Positions 39,006 through 48,263 of a stretch of 64,000 nt of DNA are shown in pieces; position 1 is the first letter of the stretch, and each line of letters starts with the position of its first letter. Source of the DNA: Lachnospiraceae bacterium (lineage in GTDB: Bacteria; Bacillota; Clostridia; Lachnospirales; Lachnospiraceae); the NCBI GenBank assembly GCA_029005135.1, contig JAQXFO010000022.1:2589-66588 (forward strand). Direction: 5' to 3'. A program made the position numbers and the translations under genes. The notes below the pieces were generated by a model. That model did not search any database. It was not told where the DNA came from and was given only the letters and a program-made list of their open reading frames with translations.

Positions 39006-39034
39006 TTGACTAACTCTTGTGTTGAGTATACATT
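39006..39034 (+). promoter_or_regulatory. candidate promoter TTGACT-17-TACATT for the tryptophanase-family gene
   Basis: TTGACT at 39006-39011 and TACATT at 39029-39034 (or TATACA with a 15-nt spacer). Confidence 0.4.
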
Positions 39035-39114
39035 GTTATAGGTTATTGCTTTGCCACTTTAAAGCGACTCACCGTTCCTTCGGTAAAGAATTTTGTTTAA
39101 CAGGAGTATCGACT

Positions 39115-40563
39115 ATGTCTGACATCAAGTTCTACAAGCATCAACAGATTCCCTTGGAAATGCACAAGGTCAAAATCGTCCAGCAGCTCAGGCTTCTTCC
39201 CGCCGACGAAAGGCTGAAAAAAATGTATGCTGCCGGTTTCAATACCTTCCAGCTGCACAACGGTGACATTTTCCTTGATATGCTGACCGATTCCGGCGTC
39301 AACGCCATGAGCGATATGATGCAGGCGGCGATGATGCATCCCGATGATGCCTACGCCGGTTCCGAGACCTTCTTCCGTATGGCTGCCAAGCTTGAAGAGA
39401 TCTTCGGCATCAAATACTGCCTGCCGGCCCACCAGGGCCGTGCCTGTGAAAATATCCTGGCCACGCGCTTTGTCAAGCCGGGCAACTGCGTCATCATGAA
39501 TTATCACTTCACCACCGCCAAGGCCCACATCACACGAGTCGGCGGCCGTGTGGAGGAACTGGTCAGTGATGCCGGTCTTGAGACCGAGAGCACCCTCCCC
39601 TTCAAGGGAAATATCGACCTTGACAAGCTGGAGGCCTGTATCAAAAAGGAAACGCCGGCCAATATTCCCTTCGTGCGTCTTGAAGCCGGCACTAACCTGA
39701 TCGGCGGTCAGCCCGTGTCTTATGAGAATTTCAAAGCCGCCACCGACCTCTGCAAAAAATACGGCATCATGACGGTCCTTGACGCCTCTCTTCTGCAGGA
39801 CAACCTTTATTTCATCAAGACCCGCGAAGACAGCATGAAGGATAAGAGCATCCGCGAAATCACCCGCATGATTGCCGACTGCTTTGACATCATCTATTTT
39901 TCAGCCCGCAAATTCGGCTTTGCCCGCGGCGGTGCCCTGCTGATCCGTGATGAGACCCTCTTCCACTCCATGGAGGATCTGATTCCGATGTTTGAGGGTT
40001 TCCTGACTTACGGCGGCATGTCTGTGCGTGAAATGGAGGCCATGACCGTCGGCTTCGATGAATCCATGGAAATGGATGTCATATCCCAGGGCCCGCAGTT
40101 TATCAAATACATGGTTGATGAGCTGGCTGCCTACGGTGTCCCGATGGTCACCCCGGCCGGTGGCCTGGGCGGTCATATCAACGCCCGGGAGGTTCTCGAG
40201 CACCTGAAAGCCGAGGAATACCCGGCCGGCGCCCTTGTCTGCGCCCAGTATCTGGCCGGCGGCATCCGCGGCATGGAACGCGGCACGCTTTCCGAAGAGA
40301 GAAATGCCGACGGCAGTGAGCGCATTGCCTCGGTGGAGCTTGTCCGCCTGGCCGTTCCGCGCCGTGTCTTCACCCTGTCCCAGATTGAATATGTCATCGA
40401 CCGCGTCAAGTGGCTCTACGATCATCGCCGCATGATCGGCGGTCTCCGCTTCGTCCACGAACCGAAGACACTCCGCTTCTTCACCGGCATCCTGGAGCCC
40501 ACCAGTGACTGGCCCGAAAAGCTCACGGCCGCCTACAAGGCCGATTTCGGTGAAGACGCCTGA
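39115..40563 (+). CDS. beta-eliminating lyase: tryptophanase / tyrosine phenol-lyase family
   Basis: Collinear with E. coli TnaA from memory: FLDMLTDSGVNAMSDMMQAAMM, PAHQGRACENIL, the PLP-lysine motif YFSARKFGFARGG (SAKK in TnaA), and YEPKxLRxFT as HEPKTLRFFT. ATG at 39115 has a GGAG SD. Confidence 0.88.
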   Translation: MSDIKFYKHQQIPLEMHKVKIVQQLRLLPADERLKKMYAAGFNTFQLHNGDIFLDMLTDSGVNAMSDMMQAAMMHPDDAYAGSETFFRMAAKLEEIFGIKYCLPAHQGRACENILATRFVKPGNCVIMNYHFTTAKAHITRVGGRVEELVSDAGLETESTLPFKGNIDLDKLEACIKKETPANIPFVRLEAGTNLIGGQPVSYENFKAATDLCKKYGIMTVLDASLLQDNLYFIKTREDSMKDKSIREITRMIADCFDIIYFSARKFGFARGGALLIRDETLFHSMEDLIPMFEGFLTYGGMSVREMEAMTVGFDESMEMDVISQGPQFIKYMVDELAAYGVPMVTPAGGLGGHINAREVLEHLKAEEYPAGALVCAQYLAGGIRGMERGTLSEERNADGSERIASVELVRLAVPRRVFTLSQIEYVIDRVKWLYDHRRMIGGLRFVHEPKTLRFFTGILEPTSDWPEKLTAAYKADFGEDA

Positions 40564-40606
40564 GAACAGCGGTACCGCCTCAGCATTCAGCATTTTCACC
40601 CAAAAA

Positions 40607-40644
40607 AAGGGATCTCCTTCATCGGGAGATCCCTTAGCTTTTTT
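40607..40644. terminator. bidirectional terminator (lyase gene / polC)
   Basis: 11-bp stem AAGGGATCTCC/GGAGATCCCTT with a 7-nt loop. An A-run precedes it and a T-run follows. Confidence 0.78.
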
Positions 40645-40671
40645 ATGGATTCATGGCGCTTCTGTCCCCGA

Positions 40672-43600
40672 TCAGGCCAGATCAAAGAGTGAGATCTGAT
40701 TGGATTCCGGCATATTACTGAGAATGCCCAGATTCTCCAGCTGATCAATGATCGTCTTGGAGACCTTGGTGCGGATACGGAAGTCATCCTTTGACAGGAA
40801 GGGGCCCTTGCGGGATTCGGCTTCCACCGCGTCCGCCTGGGTATCACCCAGACCGCCGATGGTGTTGATGGCCGGCATCAGCTTCCCGTCGATGATGCGG
40901 AAGTCCCGGGCATGGGCCTGCGTCAGATCCATTTTATGGAACTCGAACCCCCGGGCGTACATTTCCCGGCAGATGCGCATGTCGCGCAGGGTGTCCTTTT
41001 CATTGGCCGTCAGTTCATTTTTCCGGCGCTCAAAATCATCGATATGATACTGCAGCCGCTCAAGACCCAGACACATCAGCTCATAATTGAAGGTGGTAGA
41101 CCGGATGGAAAAATAAGCCGCATAATAGGCCAGCGGATAATGGACCTTGTAATAGGCGATGCGGAACGCATTCATAACATAGGCTGCCGCGTGGGCCTTG
41201 GGGAACATATACTTGATCTTCTTGCAGGACTCGATATACCAGTCAGGCACACCGTGCTCCCGCATCTCCTCCTCCTGATCCGGCTTGAGTCCTTTGCCCT
41301 TTCGTACAGCCTCCATGATCTTGAAGGCGTGCTCCGGCTCCAGACCCTGGGCGATCAGATACAGCATGATATCGTCGCGGGTACAGATGGCCGTCGACAG
41401 CGTACAGTCGCCGTTACGGATATATTCCTGGGCATTGCCCAGCCAGACGTCGGTGCCGTGAGACAGGCCCGAGATCCTGATGAACTCTGCCAGGGTGGAG
41501 GGCCGCGTATCCTTCAGCATACCCATAACAAAGTCTGTTCCGAATTCCGGGATCCCCAGTGTCCCCAGCTCACAGCCGCCGATGTCCTCAGGTGTGATGC
41601 CCAGGGCCTCTGTGGAGCGGAACAGGGAACGGACGCCCTCGTCATCCATCGGCACCTGCAGCGGATCGGTTCCCGTCAGGTCCTTGAGCATACGGATCAT
41701 GGTCGGATCGTCGTGACCGAGTATATCCAGCTTCAGAAGGTTTTTGTCGATGGAGTGGTAGTCAAAATGTGTGGTGATGATATTGCTCGACATATCGTCG
41801 GCCGGATGCTGCACCGGCGTGAACCAGTTGATGTCCATGCCCTTGGGCACGACGATGACGCCGCCGGGGTGCTGTCCCGTCGTCCGACGGACGCCGACAC
41901 AGCCCTGGGAGAGCCGTTCCAGCTCACAGGGACGTTTCTTTTCCTCCCGGTCGGCAAAATAATGCATCGCGTAGCCGTAGGCGGTCTTATCCGCCACCGT
42001 GCCGATGGTGCCGGCCTTGAAGGTCTGGCCCTTGCCGAAGATGACCTCCGTGTAGGCCTGGGCGACGCCCTGCTCATCCCCGGAGAAGTTAAGGTCGATA
42101 TCCGGCTCCTTGTTGCCCTTGAAGCCCAGGAAGGTCTCGAAGGGAATGTCAAAGCCGTCCTTTTTCAGCTTTTCACCGCAGTTCGGGCAGTTGCGGTCCG
42201 GCAGGTCGAAGCCGGCACCGCCGGCATGCTTTCTGACCTCTTCGGAGTCAAAATCCACATAATGGCATTGAGGACAGTAATAATGAGGCGGCAGAGGGTT
42301 GACCTCGGTGATATCCGACATCGTGGCGACGAAGGAGGAGCCGACCGACCCCCGGGAGCCGACCAGATAGCCGTCCTCCATGGACTTGGCCACCAGCTTC
42401 TGGGCGATCATATACATAACCGAGTAGCCGTTGGAGCAGATCGAATGGAGTTCCTTCTCCAGACGTGTGGCCACGATCTCCGGCAGCGGATCCCCGTAAA
42501 TGCGGTGAGCCTTCTTATAGCACATTTCCGTCAGATCCTCCTCGGAATGGGGAATCTCCGGCGGGCATTTGTCCGGATGGATCGGAGAGATCTTCTCCAG
42601 CCTGTCCGCGATCTTATTCGTGTTGGTGACGACAACCTCATAGGCTTTCTCATCACCCAGATAGGCAAACTCAGCCAGCATCTCGTCCGTTGTCCTCAGG
42701 TAAAGAGGCGGCTGTGCCTCATCCTTATAGCCGTGACCCACCTGAATGATGCGGCGGTAGATCTCATCCTCAGGATTCAGGAAATGCACGTCGCAGGTGG
42801 CGCAGACCGGTTTACGGAACTGCTCGCCCAGCTTGCAGATGCGGCGGTTGATCTCACGGATATTCTCCAGGGTCTCGATGCCGTCAAGGTGATCCCGGAC
42901 CAGATACTCATTATTGCCGTCCGGCTGGATTTCAAGATAATCATAGAAATCCACGATCGAAGCGATCTCGGCGTCGCTTTTGTGCTTCAGGATCGCCTGG
43001 TACAATTCACCGGCGGAGCAGGCGGATCCGTAGATAAGTCCCTCCCTGAGCTCTGTCATCAGACTCTTGGGGAGACGGGGGCGTCTCTTGTAGTAGCGCA
43101 GATGGGACTCGGACACCATTTTGTAGAGATTGCGGCGGCCGGTCTCATTCTGAATCAGGATGATGGCGTGGTAATAGGGCAGGTTCCGGATACGCTGATC
43201 GTCCACCCTCCCCTTCTTATTGAGGTCGCGCAGAGTCTGAATGCCTGCCTTGTCCATGGCGTCCTGAAGACGCGTGTAGACAAGGGCCATGCTCCGGGCC
43301 CGGGGGAAAGCCCGCATAGCGTCGCTGCAGGGGATCTTGAGATCCTTGCAGAGGCGGTCAAAACGGATCTTGCCGATATTGGGCAGCAGATAGCGAACCA
43401 CCGACGGGATATCCACATAGGTCGCCGGTACCGGCAGCCCCGCCTCTGTCAGGGCACGGCTCAGAAAGCTCATCTCGTAATCCGCTTCGTAGGCCGCCAG
43501 AACATGATCCCCGGCAAAAGCCAGAAAAGCCTTCAGGGCCTCGCCGATCGCCGGGGCGTCCGCCACCATGTCATCGCCGATGCCGACGGTGCGCTCGATG

Positions 43601-45288
43601 GAGAAGGGAATCGGCCGGCCCGGGTTGACCAGAGTCTTGAAGGTGCCGGTGATCTGGCCGTCCTCCAGAAGGACGGCACCGATCTCGATGATGTCATGGT
43701 CATAGGGGCTCCGCCCTGTAGTCACGGTGGAGAAGACGACCACCGGCTCCGTCACGGCGCGGCTGTCAGCGCCGGTAACCAGGCTGACGGTATCATCGAC
43801 CAGATAGGCTTCCATGCCGTAGATGATCTTCATATCCGCATCGGCGGGGATGCCTCCCTTGCCGCCGAAGGCATGCAGTGCCTCCGGGAAGGCCTGCACG
43901 ACGCCATGATCCGTGATAGCCAGCGCCTTATGCCCCCAGCTGTAGGCTCTGGCGATGATTGAGGTGGCCGAGGAGACTCCGTCCATATCGGACATCTTCG
44001 TATGGCAATGCAGCTCCACGCGCTTGACCGGAGCGGTATCCTCGCGGACAGGACGTATGCTGCTGCTCCTCTTAATGGAAAAGACCTGGCGGATGATCGT
44101 TTCCTTATCGTAGGCATCAAAATCCATCATGCCGCGGAAAATAAAGCATTTACCCTTGCTGAAGGTTCCGCGGAAATCGTCCAGTTCTTCCTTGTCAAGC
44201 CAGAATTTGATACGAATACTGTCTGTACCGTCGGTGACGGCGATACTGAAAATGATGCGTCCGGAGCGTGTCTCCTGCTCTGTCACGGCGAAGACCTCGC
44301 CGCGGATGATCACCTCATGGGGATCGTCACCCAGCTCACTGATCGGCACAGGCTCACCCTCGAAATCCTTGCCGTAGATCACATTCGGATCAGCGGGCGT
44401 AAAGCTGTGCCGGCGCCGGCCCGGATTCTCCTGACGGGAGGGCAGCTTCTTCTCCGGCTCCTCGCCCTTTTCGCTTTCCCTGAGGTTCTTATCCATGATC
44501 GACTGCACACGGGCCTCGATCAGCTCCTCCCTGGACACCGCCTGTCGGGCATCCTGGTAATGATACGATTCGGCAATTGCCGCGGCGGCGGCCATAGCCA
44601 TCTCTTCATCGGCGGCGTTGTGTCCGGCCGTCTCTCCCGAAGGCCGTGTCTGCGGCGCGTTCCGGTGCGGCTGGTAGCTTCTGCCGGCGCCCAGGCGTCT
44701 TTCCCGGCGTTCAAAATACCCGGCAGCTTTTTCGAGACTATCCTCGTAGGCCGCCTCATTGAAGGTCTTTTTGACGGCAGCATCGCTCAGAATGCGCACT
44801 TCGACCGTCAGGTCGAAGCCGGCTCTTTCATTGAATACCTTGTGGAGATAGCGCTGCAGCTCATCGGCCTTCTGCCGCGATACCAGCGTCGGCGGCATCG
44901 TGACGAAGAGACGGGCATCGCCGTCAAAGGAGAGATGCGTATGCAGAAAGGTCTGGTGAAGGGCCGGACTCTGAGCTTTCAGCTCCTCCAGCATGCTGGG
45001 CCGGTAGACCTCATAGAAATTCTCCGGATGGTAGGAGGCCGACAACCGGAAATGTTCCACGACTTTGACCGTCATCACGGCCTCCGGAAAAAACTGCGCC
45101 TTCACCGCCTTTTCCAGTTCTTCGATATACCCGCGGCCGATCCAGTTGCGGGAATGGATATAAATATGCAGAAAATCCCTGGCGGGGTTGAGGGTCACCC
45201 TGTCGGCAACCACCTCGTCAAGGAATTCATCCAGCCGGTCAGACACTTTTAAGTTGGGAAATGCACTCTTAAAAGGAGTTTCTGCCAT
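40672..45288 (-). CDS. polC: DNA polymerase III alpha subunit, PolC type
   Basis: 1538 aa. It has a PHP domain (VELHCHTKMSDMDG), an inserted DEDDh exonuclease (VVFSTVTTG...EADYEMSFL), a Zn module (CPQCHY...CPNCGEKL) and a pol III core. Confidence 0.97.
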   Translation of the reverse strand: MAETPFKSAFPNLKVSDRLDEFLDEVVADRVTLNPARDFLHIYIHSRNWIGRGYIEELEKAVKAQFFPEAVMTVKVVEHFRLSASYHPENFYEVYRPSMLEELKAQSPALHQTFLHTHLSFDGDARLFVTMPPTLVSRQKADELQRYLHKVFNERAGFDLTVEVRILSDAAVKKTFNEAAYEDSLEKAAGYFERRERRLGAGRSYQPHRNAPQTRPSGETAGHNAADEEMAMAAAAAIAESYHYQDARQAVSREELIEARVQSIMDKNLRESEKGEEPEKKLPSRQENPGRRRHSFTPADPNVIYGKDFEGEPVPISELGDDPHEVIIRGEVFAVTEQETRSGRIIFSIAVTDGTDSIRIKFWLDKEELDDFRGTFSKGKCFIFRGMMDFDAYDKETIIRQVFSIKRSSSIRPVREDTAPVKRVELHCHTKMSDMDGVSSATSIIARAYSWGHKALAITDHGVVQAFPEALHAFGGKGGIPADADMKIIYGMEAYLVDDTVSLVTGADSRAVTEPVVVFSTVTTGRSPYDHDIIEIGAVLLEDGQITGTFKTLVNPGRPIPFSIERTVGIGDDMVADAPAIGEALKAFLAFAGDHVLAAYEADYEMSFLSRALTEAGLPVPATYVDIPSVVRYLLPNIGKIRFDRLCKDLKIPCSDAMRAFPRARSMALVYTRLQDAMDKAGIQTLRDLNKKGRVDDQRIRNLPYYHAIILIQNETGRRNLYKMVSESHLRYYKRRPRLPKSLMTELREGLIYGSACSAGELYQAILKHKSDAEIASIVDFYDYLEIQPDGNNEYLVRDHLDGIETLENIREINRRICKLGEQFRKPVCATCDVHFLNPEDEIYRRIIQVGHGYKDEAQPPLYLRTTDEMLAEFAYLGDEKAYEVVVTNTNKIADRLEKISPIHPDKCPPEIPHSEEDLTEMCYKKAHRIYGDPLPEIVATRLEKELHSICSNGYSVMYMIAQKLVAKSMEDGYLVGSRGSVGSSFVATMSDITEVNPLPPHYYCPQCHYVDFDSEEVRKHAGGAGFDLPDRNCPNCGEKLKKDGFDIPFETFLGFKGNKEPDIDLNFSGDEQGVAQAYTEVIFGKGQTFKAGTIGTVADKTAYGYAMHYFADREEKKRPCELERLSQGCVGVRRTTGQHPGGVIVVPKGMDINWFTPVQHPADDMSSNIITTHFDYHSIDKNLLKLDILGHDDPTMIRMLKDLTGTDPLQVPMDDEGVRSLFRSTEALGITPEDIGGCELGTLGIPEFGTDFVMGMLKDTRPSTLAEFIRISGLSHGTDVWLGNAQEYIRNGDCTLSTAICTRDDIMLYLIAQGLEPEHAFKIMEAVRKGKGLKPDQEEEMREHGVPDWYIESCKKIKYMFPKAHAAAYVMNAFRIAYYKVHYPLAYYAAYFSIRSTTFNYELMCLGLERLQYHIDDFERRKNELTANEKDTLRDMRICREMYARGFEFHKMDLTQAHARDFRIIDGKLMPAINTIGGLGDTQADAVEAESRKGPFLSKDDFRIRTKVSKTIIDQLENLGILSNMPESNQISLFDLA

Positions 45289-45308
45289 AATTCGCCTTCC
45301 GTCTTTAT

Positions 45309-46376
45309 CTATCGGCCCTGACCGGGCTCCCAGTTGTCCAGTTCTTCCTTCAGAGCCGGGATGAGTTCGCTTTCCGGCAGCTTTTTCAGGATTTCACCGT
45401 GCTTCATCAGAAGGCCGTAGCCGACGCCGCCGCAGATGCCCAGATCCGCTTCGCGTCCCTCGCCGGGCCCGTTCACAACACAGCCCATGACGGCCACCTT
45501 GATATCGTAATCATAGCGGGAGGCCAGCTTTTCCGCCTGCTCCGCCAGAGAGATAAGATCGACCTGAGTCCGGCCGCAGGTCGGGCAGGAAACGATCTCG
45601 ATACCGCCCTTCCTAAAATTCAGCGTCTTCAGAATCAGGCGGGCCGAGCGGATCTCCTCCAGGGGATCCCCCGTCAGCGACACGCGTATCGTATCGCCGA
45701 TGCCGCGGGACAGAATAAGTCCCAGACCGATGGCCGATTTGATATTGCCGGCATAGGGTGTTCCGGCCTCGGTGATGCCCACATGCAGGGGCAGATCCGT
45801 CCTGTCGGCGATCAGCTCATGGGCTTCGGCACACATCATCACATCCGAGGATTTGATGCTGATGACCAGATCCTCCATGCCGTAATCCCGAAGGATGCGG
45901 ACCTTGTCGAGGGCCGATTCCACCAGTCCCTCCGCGGTAACACCGCCGTATTTTTCAATCAGCGGCTTCTCCAGAGAGCCGGAATTGACGCCGACCCGGA
46001 TCGGGATGCGGCGGCGCTTCGCCATGTCGGCAACGGCCCGGATATTCTCGGAGGAGCCGATGTTGCCCGGATTGATGCGGATCTTGTCGGCACCGGCCTC
46101 CATGGCCTTCAGCGCCAGGCGGTGATCAAAATGGATATCCGCCACCAGCGGGATATGGATCGCCTTCTTTATCGCCGTCAGAGCCTCCGCGTCCGCCATC
46201 GTCGGCACGGCGCAGCGGATGATATCGCAGCCGGCCTCCTCCAGCGCCAGAATCTGACGGATCGTCGCCGCCGTATCGGCGGTTCTGGTATTCGTCATTG
46301 ACTGTATCAGAATCGGATGGCCGCCGCCGATGACTTTATCACCGATGCGGACGGCCCTGGTGTGATCTCTCTTCAT
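45309..46376 (-). CDS. ispG: 4-hydroxy-3-methylbut-2-en-1-yl diphosphate synthase
   Basis: PILIQSMTNT, DIIRCAVP and CPTCGRT / GCVVNGPGE Fe-S ligand motifs. The ATG at 46376 overlaps the folA stop (ATGA). Confidence 0.95.
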   Translation of the reverse strand: MKRDHTRAVRIGDKVIGGGHPILIQSMTNTRTADTAATIRQILALEEAGCDIIRCAVPTMADAEALTAIKKAIHIPLVADIHFDHRLALKAMEAGADKIRINPGNIGSSENIRAVADMAKRRRIPIRVGVNSGSLEKPLIEKYGGVTAEGLVESALDKVRILRDYGMEDLVISIKSSDVMMCAEAHELIADRTDLPLHVGITEAGTPYAGNIKSAIGLGLILSRGIGDTIRVSLTGDPLEEIRSARLILKTLNFRKGGIEIVSCPTCGRTQVDLISLAEQAEKLASRYDYDIKVAVMGCVVNGPGEGREADLGICGGVGYGLLMKHGEILKKLPESELIPALKEELDNWEPGQGR

Positions 46377-46864
46377 AATGTCCTTTTGTATACACAAAAT
46401 GTGTAAATAATATCAAAATACGTCTTTTCGTCACTCTCTTCGACGAGGGTCCAGCCTTCTTCCCTGTCCAGATCGGGCATAAAGCTGTCGCAGTCGTAGC
46501 GATAGTCCAGCCGGGTGATGAGCGCTGTCTCGCACCAGGGCAGTAGCGCCCGGTAGACACTCTCGCCGCCGGCGGCAAAAACCTTATCGGCGGGCAGATC
46601 GGCTGTCATCCGAAGGGCCTCCTCCACTGAGGCGGCCCGCTGCCAGCCCCTGAGAGCCGTATCCTCGCGGCGGCTCAGCACGATGCGGCGGCAGTTATCA
46701 AGAAAAAGCCCCTGGGGCAGTGAAGCGGCAGCCCGGCGGCCGAAAATAACCGCACCGCCTTCCGTCACGGCCTGAAAGCGGCGGATATCTTCGGGCACCG
46801 TGACCGGGCGGCGTCCGCCGCTGCCGATGCCCCACCGGCTGTCGGCACAGGCCAGCAGTATCAT
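46373..46864 (-). CDS. folA: dihydrofolate reductase
   Basis: 163 aa. RWGIGSGGRRPVTVPEDIRRF and GGESVYRALLP resemble DHFR motifs. It lies directly downstream of thyA. Confidence 0.82.
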   Translation of the reverse strand: MILLACADSRWGIGSGGRRPVTVPEDIRRFQAVTEGGAVIFGRRAAASLPQGLFLDNCRRIVLSRREDTALRGWQRAASVEEALRMTADLPADKVFAAGGESVYRALLPWCETALITRLDYRYDCDSFMPDLDREEGWTLVEESDEKTYFDIIYTFCVYKRTL

Positions 46865-46872
46865 AAAGCCTC

Positions 46873-47721
46873 CTATATAGCAATCGGAATGTTTTTGACC
46901 TGCTCGCCGCAGACATAATCCCCGACGATCAGATCCTGTGTCGTAAAGTCATAAAAATCACGGATATCCGGGTTCAGGGACACCTTCGGTGCCGGATGAA
47001 CCGGCCGCGTGATCAGTTCCTCTATGATCGGGATGTGGCGGTCATAGATGTGGGCGTCGGCAATGACATGCACCAGCTCACCGGGGATCATATCGCTGAC
47101 CTGAGCCACCATCATCAGCAGGATGGCATACTGAGCGACATTCCAGTTATTGGCCGCCAGTACGTCCTGAGAGCGCTGATTCAGCACCATGTTGAGGGTC
47201 AGCTTCTCCTGATCCGGCTCCTTCGTCACGTTATACGTCACGGAATAGGCACAGGGATGCAGCGCCATCTCATTAAGATCATGGTGATTGTACAGATTCG
47301 TCATGATCCGGCGGCTGTAGGGGTTTTGCTTCAGATCGTAGAGGACCCGGTCCATCTGATCGAACATCCCCTCGCGGTAGGCATGCTTCACGCCGACCTG
47401 ATAGCCGTAGGCCTTGCCGATGGAACCGTTCTCATCGGCCCAGGCATCCCAGATATGGCTGTGGAGATCGTGGATGTTGTTGGACTTCTTCTGGTAAATC
47501 CAGAGGATCTCGTCCATGGCAGACTTGAGGGCGGTCCGTCTCAGTGTGATCGCGGGAAATTCCTTCCTGAGATCATAGCGGTTGACGACGCCGAAGGCCT
47601 TGATGGTGTAGGCCGGCGTCCCGTCCTCCCAATGAGGTCTTACCTTTTCCCCTTCCGTGCTGGTTCCGTGATCCAGAATATGGCGGCACATGGTGATAAA
47701 CAGCTCATCAGCGTAGCTCAT
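46873..47721 (-). CDS. thyA: thymidylate synthase (ThyA type)
   Basis: ALHPCAYSVTYNV (catalytic Cys), LNQRSQDVLAANNWNVAQYA and DAHIYDRH. Confidence 0.95.
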   Translation of the reverse strand: MSYADELFITMCRHILDHGTSTEGEKVRPHWEDGTPAYTIKAFGVVNRYDLRKEFPAITLRRTALKSAMDEILWIYQKKSNNIHDLHSHIWDAWADENGSIGKAYGYQVGVKHAYREGMFDQMDRVLYDLKQNPYSRRIMTNLYNHHDLNEMALHPCAYSVTYNVTKEPDQEKLTLNMVLNQRSQDVLAANNWNVAQYAILLMMVAQVSDMIPGELVHVIADAHIYDRHIPIIEELITRPVHPAPKVSLNPDIRDFYDFTTQDLIVGDYVCGEQVKNIPIAI

Positions 47722-48254
47722 ACGGACTCCTTTTCCTGTTCCTCCTCATCGAGAAGGCCCTCTTCCTCGTTCATCCGGCGCAGTCTCTCACGAATACTGC
47801 TGCCGGTCATATCCCGCGGGGCCGGTGCCGGCGGAGCGGCTTCCTGTTCCTTCTCAGCCTGCTCGGCCTGCTCCTTCTTCTGCTGCTCCTGCAGTGCCAG
47901 ATACTGCCGGATCGAGATCACGGCGAAGACAAAGCCGAAGCCGGCGAACAGTACCGCGATAAGAACATAATACCAGCGGATATCGCCGCTCTCCTTCATC
48001 TGTGAAAAAAGGCTCCAGCCGGTGTAGATCAGATAGATACCGGCCAGAGCGCGGATCATGACCATGAAGGTCGCCTTGCGCCCGCCGCCGGGTCTGCCAT
48101 CCTCTGCCTTCGTTTCGGCCGGCTGATTCTCTTCCGTGCCGGTTTCCCCCGTTATCGCCGTCTCAGCCGCCTCCGGCCTCAGCTCTCTGTTTTCTTCCAT
48201 AGCGTTTTCTCCTGTCACGAAGGCCGCCTGAACGTCTTCGCGCCTGCCGCTCAT
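47718..48254 (-). CDS. small membrane protein with acidic tails, unknown function
   Basis: Two TM helices (MVMIRALAGIYLIYTGW; YYVLIAVLFAGFGFVFAVISI) flanked by E/Q/K-rich low-complexity tails. AAGAGG SD. Its stop overlaps the thyA start (ATGA). Confidence 0.55.
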   Translation of the reverse strand: MSGRREDVQAAFVTGENAMEENRELRPEAAETAITGETGTEENQPAETKAEDGRPGGGRKATFMVMIRALAGIYLIYTGWSLFSQMKESGDIRWYYVLIAVLFAGFGFVFAVISIRQYLALQEQQKKEQAEQAEKEQEAAPPAPAPRDMTGSSIRERLRRMNEEEGLLDEEEQEKESV

Positions 48255-48263
48255 AACGGCCTC

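Noticed and set aside
39035-39114. Search for a tnaC-like regulatory leader peptide upstream of the tryptophanase-family gene
   Set aside because: There is no ATG-initiated mini-ORF, no Trp codon context and no Rho or terminator feature in the roughly 80-nt 5' UTR.
40912-43962. 1016-aa plus-strand ORF antisense to polC (also 44002..45252)
   Set aside because: polC motifs on the minus strand are unambiguous. The antisense translation is a motif-free R/G/D/H/L-rich sequence, so it is a shadow ORF.
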